DNA of 64,000 nucleotides from an uncultured Chloroflexia bacterium (GTDB lineage Bacteria; Chloroflexota; Limnocylindria; Limnocylindrales; CSP1-4): NCBI GenBank assembly GCA_963828165.1, contig CAWHDR010000001.1, positions 800,001 to 864,000 of the forward strand, read 5' to 3'. Shown piece by piece: positions 56,868 to 64,000 of this stretch (position 1 is its first letter; each line of letters starts with the position of its first letter). The notes under the pieces were generated by a model. It saw only the letters and a program-made list of their open reading frames with translations, ran no database searches and was not told where the DNA came from. The position numbers and the translations under genes were made by a program.

Positions 56868-58053
56868 GACCGAGGGCCTCGACGAAGCGGCCGATGCGGC
56901 CGAGTGCCTCGGTGAGGTTCTCGCGCGAGTTCGCGTACGAGACCCGGATGTGCTCGGTCCCAACGTCCCCGAACGCGGTCCCGGCCAGGACGCACACATC
57001 GGCCTCGTGCATCAGCCGCTCGGCCAGCTCCGCGCCGCTCAGGCCGGTCCCTGCGATCGACGGAAAGGCATAGAAGGCACCGAGCGGGGTCGCGCAGCGG
57101 ATGCCCGGGATCTCGTTGAGGCCCGCGACGATGAGGTCGCGGCGAGCCTTGAACTCGACCACCATCGCGTCGACGTCGTCCTGCGGCCCCACGAGCGCCT
57201 CTACCGCGCCGACCTGCGCGAACGTCGGTGCGCAGGAGATCGTGTTGATGATGAGCTGGGCGTAGGTCGGGATCAGCGACGTCGGCACGACCGCGTAGCC
57301 GAGCCGCCAGCCGGTCATCGCGAACGTCTTCGAGAAGCCGTCGAGGATGATCGTGCGTTCCGCCATCCCCGGGAGTGCCGCGATCGAGACGTGCTCCGCC
57401 CCGTCGTACAGGATCCGCCCGTAGATCTCGTCGGCCACGACCCACAGGTCGTGCTCGATGGCGAGCTCCGAGATGCGAGTCAGGTCGTCTCGGTTGAGGA
57501 CGCCACCGGTCGGGTTGGCGGGCGAGTTGATGAAGAGGACCCGCGTCCGGGGCGTGATGAGCGCCGCCAGCTCGTCGACATCGAGCCGGAACTCGTTCTC
57601 CATCCGGATGGGGATCGGCACCGGGGTCGCCCCGACGAACCGGGTGAGCGATTCGTAGATCGGGTAGCCGGGATCGGGGACGATGACCTCGTCGCCCGGA
57701 TCCACGAGCCCGAGGATCGCGTAGAGCATCACGCCCTTACCGCCCACGGTCACGAAGACCTGCGATGGGTCGGCGTCGACGCCCTTGCGCTTCGCGACAT
57801 CGGCGGCGATCGCCTCGCGCAGCGCGGGGATGCCGGGAAACGGCGCGTAATGCGTCTCGCCCTCGTCGAGCGCGCGCTTGGCGGCCGCCCGGACGTTCGC
57901 CGGCGTGTCGAAATCGGGCTCGCCGATCTGGAGGTAGATCATCGGCCGGCCCTCGGCCGCGAGCGCCCGGGCGCGGGCACTGACCTCGAAGGCACTCTCG
58001 GTGCCGATGGTGCCCATGCGGGCCGCGACGCGCCGGGCCTGGGTGACGGACAT
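56860..58053 (-). CDS. Class I/II PLP aminotransferase (aspartate aminotransferase-like)
   Basis: [32 protein letters not shown]. Confidence 0.93.
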
Positions 58054-58069
58054 GGTGGGCCTCCTTACC

Positions 58070-58987
58070 CTACGGCAGCAGCGAGCGGATCGCGAAGGTG
58101 ACGTTGGCCGGCCGCTCGGCCAGCCGGCGCATGTACCAGGGATACCAGGCATCCCCGTAGGCGATGAGCGTCTGGACACGATAGCCCTCCCGGGCCAGCC
58201 GGAACTGCTCCCCGGTCCGGATCCCGTAGAGCATCTCGATCTCGAACCCGTCGCGCCCGATGCCCGATGGGGCGACGCCCGCAGCGATCCGCTCGATGAG
58301 CGCAACGTCGTGGGTGCCGAGGCCGAGTCGGATCGGGCGGCCTCGGCCTTCGGTCAGGAACGAGACGGCCAGCTCGAAGTAGCTGGCGTCCACCTCGCGG
58401 TTGCCGCGATACGCGATCGAGGCCGGCTCGTCGTAGGCGCCCTTGACCAGGCGGATCGCCGGGTCCAGCGGCCGCAGCCGCTCGATATCGGCCGCCGTTC
58501 GACGGAGGTAGGCCTGCAGGCAGATGCCGGTGCGCGGCTGGACGGCACGGACGCGTTCGTACAACCGCAGCGTGGCGTCCGTATAGGCGCTGCCCTCCAT
58601 GTCGATCCAGACGTAGGAGCCGGTCGTGGCGGCATGGGCCGCGAGGCGGGTGAGATGGGCGAGCGCCCGATCCTCGTCGATGTCCAGCCCGAGCTGTGTC
58701 GGCTTGACCGAGATCTCGCCGGCCAGGCCACGCGCCTCGATGGCGTCGAGCACGGCGATGTAGTGGTCGGCCACCGCGTCCGCCTCTGCCAGGCTCTCGA
58801 GGTTCTCGCCGAGCTTCGTGTACATCGTTCCGATGCCGGCAGCCTGCAGGGGCGCCGCGGCATCGAGCGCGGACTCCATCGTCTCGCCCGGCATGAACCG
58901 GCGGACAGCCCGGCGCATGAACCGCATGCGCGGCAGGTGGTCCCGCAGCCAGGCATTGCGGGCGGCCCACAGGAAGATCCGGCGCAT
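58070..58987 (-). CDS. Monofunctional proline dehydrogenase
   Basis: SVKPTQLG, IDME, LQAYLRRT, RLVKGAY, EMLYG, YMRRLAERPAN. Confidence 0.93.
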   Translation of the reverse strand: MRRIFLWAARNAWLRDHLPRMRFMRRAVRRFMPGETMESALDAAAPLQAAGIGTMYTKLGENLESLAEADAVADHYIAVLDAIEARGLAGEISVKPTQLGLDIDEDRALAHLTRLAAHAATTGSYVWIDMEGSAYTDATLRLYERVRAVQPRTGICLQAYLRRTAADIERLRPLDPAIRLVKGAYDEPASIAYRGNREVDASYFELAVSFLTEGRGRPIRLGLGTHDVALIERIAAGVAPSGIGRDGFEIEMLYGIRTGEQFRLAREGYRVQTLIAYGDAWYPWYMRRLAERPANVTFAIRSLLP

Positions 58988-59757
58988 CAGGGCAGGGCCC
59001 GCACGAGGCCACCGTCGACCTGGACGATCGCGCCAGTCACGTACGACGCGGCCGGCGAGAGCAGGAACGCGCCGAGCCGACCAACCTCGACCGGGTCGCC
59101 GTAGCGAGCGAGCGGGATCTGGCCGATCATCGCGGCCGTGACCGCCTCGGGCGTCGCGCCCGTGCGGGCAGCCGTCGCGGCGTCGATCTCCTTGATGCGG
59201 TCGGTCGCCACCCTGCCGGGGGCGATGCCGTTGATCCGGATCGGGGCGATCTCGGCGGTCAGGGTCTTGATCAGCCCCGCCAGACCGGGTCGAAGCACGT
59301 TCGACGTCGTCAGGCCGGCGACGGGTTCGCGCGCCGTCGACGACAGGATGATGAGGATGGCCGGTCGGTCGCTCTCGCGCAGGTGGGGCAGGGCCGCGCG
59401 GATCAGGCGCAGGGCGCTCCGCAGGGTGCCATCGATCGCGCGGGTCCAGGCGTCTTCGTCGAGGTCCTCGAAGTCCCCTGGCGGCGGCCCGCCCGAGTTC
59501 ACGAGCAAAAGGTCCAGGCCCCCGAGCGCGGCGACCGCCCGATCCACGGCACTGCCCGGCCCATCCGGCGTCGACAGGTCGGTGTCGACGGCGACGGCGC
59601 CCGTCAGGCTCCCGACGGCGGCATCGAGCCGTTCCGACGGTCGGGCGGCGAGCGCGACGCGGGCTCCCTCACCGGTCAGGGCGGCCGCGATGGCGCCCCC
59701 CAGCCCGCCCGAGCCGCCGCCGATCAACGCCCGTGTCCCGTCGAGACCCAGGTCCAT
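58987..59757 (-). CDS. SDR family oxidoreductase
   Basis: GGSGGLG, NSGGPPPG, SNVLR, ASYVTG..VDGG. Confidence 0.92.
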   Translation of the reverse strand: MDLGLDGTRALIGGGSGGLGGAIAAALTGEGARVALAARPSERLDAAVGSLTGAVAVDTDLSTPDGPGSAVDRAVAALGGLDLLLVNSGGPPPGDFEDLDEDAWTRAIDGTLRSALRLIRAALPHLRESDRPAILIILSSTAREPVAGLTTSNVLRPGLAGLIKTLTAEIAPIRINGIAPGRVATDRIKEIDAATAARTGATPEAVTAAMIGQIPLARYGDPVEVGRLGAFLLSPAASYVTGAIVQVDGGLVRALP

Positions 59758-59851
59758 GTGTCGTGCTCCTCCACGTTTCGGACTCGATGGTACGCGCGCC
59801 CGTCGCGCGTTTGCGCCCTTCGCGCGCACGTCGGGCTAGAATCACCCAGCC

Positions 59852-60262
59852 ATGACCCGCTTCTTCGATATCGACGCCGCCAACGAGGCCCTCATCGAGG
59901 TCGGCCCGTTGCTCGCCACGCTTTCCGACCAGCGCGCCGAACTGATCCGCCTGCGCGATCGGGCGCTGGCGGCCCATTCCGCGGCCTCGGGCGGTGGCAC
60001 CGCCCCGGACGACCGCGAGGAGACCCAGACGATCCGCCTCCGGATGCAGGGGATCATCGACCAGATGGCCGCGGCCGTCGCCCGGATCGATGCACTCGGG
60101 ATCACGCTGCGCGATATCGAACAGGGCTTGATCGACTTCCCCGCCCTCACCGGTGGCCGCCAGGTGTGGCTGTGCTGGCAGCTGGGCGAATCGGACGTGG
60201 CGTTCTGGCACGAGCTCGAGACCGGGTTCGGCTCGCGGCGCCCGCTGATCGAGCTCCTGTGA
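59852..60262 (+). CDS. DUF2203 family protein
   Basis: RDIEQGLIDFP...LCWQLGE...WH....GF..RRP. Confidence 0.9.
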   Translation: MTRFFDIDAANEALIEVGPLLATLSDQRAELIRLRDRALAAHSAASGGGTAPDDREETQTIRLRMQGIIDQMAAAVARIDALGITLRDIEQGLIDFPALTGGRQVWLCWQLGESDVAFWHELETGFGSRRPLIELL

Positions 60263-60714
60263 CCAACCCGGGGCCCGTCGAGACGCGGGCACAGCGCCGG
60301 ACCGTGGTCGACGCCGACGGCCGCGCGAAGGCTTACCGGCCACTGGCGGTCGCTGAACGAACTGCAGCCGTCATCGCCGGCATGCGGGCCTACGACGCCG
60401 GCGACTTCTTCGAGGCCCACGAGCTGATGGAGCCCGCCTGGATGGGCACCGACGATCCGGCCGAACGCGAGCTCATCCAGGGCCTGATCAAGCTGGCCGC
60501 TGCCGACGTCCACGGGGTGCGCGGCAATCCCCGTGGGGTGGCACGGAATCTCGAGGGTGCCCGCGATCGACTCCGGCGCGTGCCGGACGGCGACGCGATC
60601 GCCGGACTCCGGTTCGACCTCCGGGGGGTGCTCGACTCGATCGATCGGCGCCTCGTCGAGCTGGCCGCGAACCACGCCACCGACCCGATCCCCGTCACCT
60701 GGAGCAGCCGATGA
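60259..60714 (+). CDS. DUF309 family protein
   Basis: FFEAHELMEPAW, QGLIKLAAA; GTGA overlap. Confidence 0.85.
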   Translation: MTNPGPVETRAQRRTVVDADGRAKAYRPLAVAERTAAVIAGMRAYDAGDFFEAHELMEPAWMGTDDPAERELIQGLIKLAAADVHGVRGNPRGVARNLEGARDRLRRVPDGDAIAGLRFDLRGVLDSIDRRLVELAANHATDPIPVTWSSR

Positions 60715-61079
60715 ACCCCGTTCCCGCGATCCCGACCGTCGACGTGGCGGAGGCCGAGCGTCGGCTGCGTGAGGACCCGGACGCCCCGATCCTGCTCGAC
60801 GTCCGTGAGGCCAACGAGTTCGAGGAGGTCCGAGCCCCGGGGGCGGTGCTCATGCCCATGTCGGCCTTCGCGGCCCGGGCCGGGGAGCTGCCGGCGGACC
60901 GACCGCTCATGGTCGTCTGCCATCTCGGCGGGCGGTCCGCTGCGGCGGCCGGGTTCCTGATCCGCTCGGGGCGCGCGAACGTCGTCAACGTCGGCGGCGG
61001 CATGGACGCCTGGGAGCGTGCCGGCCTGCCGGTTCGCCATGGCGCGCCCGCACCGGGTGAGGGCGACCTCCCCGGCTGA
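60711..61079 (+). CDS. Rhodanese-like domain protein
   Basis: LLDVRE..E, CHLGGRS, NVGGGMDAW. Confidence 0.92.
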   Translation: MNPVPAIPTVDVAEAERRLREDPDAPILLDVREANEFEEVRAPGAVLMPMSAFAARAGELPADRPLMVVCHLGGRSAAAAGFLIRSGRANVVNVGGGMDAWERAGLPVRHGAPAPGEGDLPG

Positions 61080-61088
61080 CCCGTCCGG

Positions 61089-62537
61089 TCAGGAGCGGCG
61101 GAGCACCCGCCGGACGACGCCCCGCGCCTGGTCTTTGTGGGCGAACGCCCAGCCAAGGATCAGCAGCACCACGAAGCCGACCGTGCCGGCCCCGGCCGCG
61201 TTCAGGTAGCCGAGTTGCTGGCCGATCTCACCGTCGATCTTGAGGCCCGGGACCGTGGCGCCCACGAGACCCAGCTGGAAGAACGGGCTCTGCGGCGCGG
61301 CGTTGGCCCGGACACTCGTCGCGGCCGGACCCTCGGTCCGCTCGCCGCCGATGATGATCGCGTTGGGGCCCGTGACGATGACGGTCCCGCCCGAGAGGCC
61401 GTAGGGCAGGTCGCTCACCTCCAGCCGCTTCCACTCCGGGAGATCGCCAGCATTCGTCGGGATGGCCCAGTAGGTCTCGCGCTGCGGGCCCTCGGCACTC
61501 CCGCCACCCACGAGGTACAGCGCGCCGTTGGCCGACCAGCCGGTCGCGTCGTCGCGCGGGCCGGGTACGTTCGCGGCAGGGTTCACCGCCCAGACCACGA
61601 CCTTGCCCTCGTCGGGGTTGTCCGGGAAGCCCTCGGCCGCCTCCAGTCCGAGGTCGCCGCGCTGCACCGTCGCCACCGGGCCATTCGCGTCATGACCGCC
61701 GTACAACCACACGTGGTCGCCGATGATCGCGGCGGTCGCGTCCGCCTGCGGAGCCAGGAGCGGGGCCTCGGGGACCCATTCCTGCAGGACGCCCTGGGCG
61801 TTGAACCTGCTCTTCCAGGTCGTCGCGACCGGCCCATCGGGTCCCTCGCCGCCGATGAGCAGCACCCCGTCGGGCGCGGCGACGCCGGCCGCTCCGGCGC
61901 GCCCCTCGGGCAGGGTCAGTTCCTCGGGCGCGGTCTCCCAATCGGGGAGCTCCCCGGTCTGTGGATCCGGTGTCAGCGTGTAGACCGTCGTGGTCGGCGC
62001 CCCGTCGGCGTCGAGGCCGCCCAGCACGTACACGGTGCCGGACACCTGCACGACGCTCGCGTCGGAGCGCGGCTCTGGCAGCGGCGGGCCCTCGGTCCAC
62101 CTGTCGAAGTTGCCGATCCCGGAAAGCTGCGAGACGAAGACCGTCGACTGCGCCGCCGTCCCGTCCGTGCCGCCGATGTACAGGATCTTGGTTCCCAGCT
62201 GCGTCGCCGAACCGTCCGTGCGCGGAGCGGGCAGCGTCACCTCGGTCGGCAATTCGTGCCACGGCGTGATCGCGCCGACCGGGGCGGGGCATGGCAGGCT
62301 CTCGTTGGTCGGCGGACAGAGATTGATCGGCGACCACGCGACGACGCCCAGGTCCACCGTCCGGTTGACCGTGAGGTAGTAGGCGCGGTCGGGGATGTAG
62401 CCGAGCAACAGGATGATGATGATCAGCCAGATGAACGCCTTGACCCCGGCCCACGCCCAGCCGTCCGCGTCGAGCAGGCCGAACATGGCCCGCTTGCGCG
62501 GCACGATCATCCCGGCTCCGAGCGCCCGTTGGGCCAT
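61089..62537 (-). CDS. Membrane-anchored Kelch-repeat protein
   Basis: Repeats LP.PR....YxxGG; N- and C-terminal TM helices. Confidence 0.85.
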   Translation of the reverse strand: MAQRALGAGMIVPRKRAMFGLLDADGWAWAGVKAFIWLIIIILLLGYIPDRAYYLTVNRTVDLGVVAWSPINLCPPTNESLPCPAPVGAITPWHELPTEVTLPAPRTDGSATQLGTKILYIGGTDGTAAQSTVFVSQLSGIGNFDRWTEGPPLPEPRSDASVVQVSGTVYVLGGLDADGAPTTTVYTLTPDPQTGELPDWETAPEELTLPEGRAGAAGVAAPDGVLLIGGEGPDGPVATTWKSRFNAQGVLQEWVPEAPLLAPQADATAAIIGDHVWLYGGHDANGPVATVQRGDLGLEAAEGFPDNPDEGKVVVWAVNPAANVPGPRDDATGWSANGALYLVGGGSAEGPQRETYWAIPTNAGDLPEWKRLEVSDLPYGLSGGTVIVTGPNAIIIGGERTEGPAATSVRANAAPQSPFFQLGLVGATVPGLKIDGEIGQQLGYLNAAGAGTVGFVVLLILGWAFAHKDQARGVVRRVLRRS

Positions 62538-62585
62538 CGTCCTCCATCCTCACACCGGTGATCGGCCGAGCCGGTCACCGGTCGA

Positions 62586-63677
62586 TCATTGCGCGGTCAG
62601 GGTTCCTGTCATGTTGCTGTGCACCGAGCAGACGAACGGGTACGCCCCGGCCGCCAGCGCTGGTACCGAGTAGTCGCGTTTCTCTGCACCCGGGAACACG
62701 TCGGTCTTGAACACGACGGCCCCGGCGGCATCCTTGATCTGGATGTCGTGCGGGATGCCGGCGTCCTGGTTGTCGAACGACAGCGTGAACGGCGCGTCGG
62801 CCGGGGCGGTCACCTCGGTCGGGTCGAACGCGATGGACGCGGCCGTGATCGTCACGACCTCGGCGCTCGGGTCGGTCGATGCGGACGGAGCCGGCGCCCC
62901 CGACGCTCCGGGCGAAGCACTGCCACCCGAGGCGAACTCCTCTTTCCAACAGTCGGGATACGGCGTCGCGGCCGGTGCCGGCTTGTAGTTCGGATCGCGC
63001 CAGCCTTTGAACGTCAGGACTTCGCCGGTCTGCGGGTCGACCTTGGGATCGAGCAGATGCTCGTCGCGGACGGTGTAGGTCGTGTCGTTGGTCGCGACCA
63101 GGAACGCGATGAGCTCCTCGATCTGGCGGTAGTTGAGCGGCCCCGGCGGGTTGCCCTGGTCCGACCAGGCCGGCATGAGCGACTTCGGATCGCCGCAGAC
63201 GTAGCGGCCACCGACGGTCAGCACATTCTTGATGTAGTTCTCGTTGAGGTGGGCGAAGAGCTTGTCCTGGCGGTTGAGGACCGGACCGATCCCGCCTTCG
63301 CCCTGCTCCCCGTGGCAACGGGCACAGTTCGCCTCGTAGACGAGATAGCCGCGCTCCACCGCGGTCACCTGTTGGGCGGTGATCTCGGCCTCCAGTCGCG
63401 GCTCGGTCAACCCGAGCGGTGCCCCCAGCTCGTAGAACCAGTAGAGCGCGACAAAGAGGATCACGACGACCGTGGCGAGGAAGCCGACCCAGCGGGCGTT
63501 CGAAGACTGGCGGACGACCTGGGCGGCCCGCTCGGGCGACAGCTCGACAGCCCGGATCGACGGTGGTGATGTGAATCGCTCGACCGGGGCGACCTCGGCC
63601 GGCGGGCGCGTCGCGGGCAGCCGTTGTTCCGGCCCGGGCTCGGGTCGCGTGGGCTCGCTGCCGGGCGTGTCGGTCAT
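62586..63677 (-). CDS. Membrane-anchored cytochrome c fused to C-terminal cupredoxin
   Basis: TM helix, CARCH, MPAW; linker; HDI...CSVHSNM. Confidence 0.9.
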   Translation of the reverse strand: MTDTPGSEPTRPEPGPEQRLPATRPPAEVAPVERFTSPPSIRAVELSPERAAQVVRQSSNARWVGFLATVVVILFVALYWFYELGAPLGLTEPRLEAEITAQQVTAVERGYLVYEANCARCHGEQGEGGIGPVLNRQDKLFAHLNENYIKNVLTVGGRYVCGDPKSLMPAWSDQGNPPGPLNYRQIEELIAFLVATNDTTYTVRDEHLLDPKVDPQTGEVLTFKGWRDPNYKPAPAATPYPDCWKEEFASGGSASPGASGAPAPSASTDPSAEVVTITAASIAFDPTEVTAPADAPFTLSFDNQDAGIPHDIQIKDAAGAVVFKTDVFPGAEKRDYSVPALAAGAYPFVCSVHSNMTGTLTAQ

Positions 63678-63713
63678 CGGTCTCCTCGGCCGTTGGTGTC
63701 GAACGTCACAGCG

Positions 63714-64000
63714 TCAGATGCAGCCGGTCGGGGTGCGCGGCGGGATGATACCGGGCTGGCCCAGGGCCACGGGCAGCGGGCCCAGCGTGATCTTGCCGGT
63801 ATCGATCGTGAGCGCACCCGCGCCATCAACGGAGATCGAGAAGCGATCCATGCTCCGCGGCGCCGGGCCGAACTGCGCGCCGTCGGCCTTGATGCCGAGA
63901 CGGTCGTAGCGCGAGCCGTGGCAGGGACACTCCAGCCAGAAGTTCTTCACGCACGGGTTCGGCTTGCAGCCCAGGTGCGGGCATCGCTGGTACAGCGCCC
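63714..64000 (-). CDS. Rieske iron-sulfur subunit (5' truncated by the window edge)
   Basis: CPHLGC...CPCHGSRY...GPAPR. Confidence 0.92.
   Translation of the reverse strand, partial: ALYQRCPHLGCKPNPCVKNFWLECPCHGSRYDRLGIKADGAQFGPAPRSMDRFSISVDGAGALTIDTGKITLGPLPVALGQPGIIPPRTPTGCI

Overview
High-GC bacterial chromosome segment. Gene content and style suggest Chloroflexota, possibly Limnocylindria/Ellin6529-like (inference only). It carries about 75 CDS and two tRNAs (fMet, Lys). Housekeeping blocks include proC, a polyamine-type ABC importer, msrB, an A2-type cytochrome c oxidase operon, the 3' end of a Rieske/cytochrome c operon, a ppc-two-component-gltB-amtB carbon/nitrogen block, and two accessory ECF-sigma modules next to tRNA 3' ends. 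No transposase, integrase or CRISPR array was seen. The strongest novel signal is two unannotated small ORFs, 12.5 kb apart (1299-1400 + and 13949-14035 -). Both encode signal-peptide-like precursors ending in an identical GRRWGP tail. The first lies directly behind a DUF5317-like membrane protein whose motifs resemble the signal peptidase II (LspA) catalytic aspartates, suggesting a peptide-signal processing system. Other highlights are the same blue-copper domain tethered to three respiratory subunits, a PtsP-type GAF histidine kinase in the nitrogen cluster, AT-hook-like inserts in an S9 peptidase, and a 127-nt rod-shaped intergenic hairpin. All family assignments come from motif recognition, not database searches.
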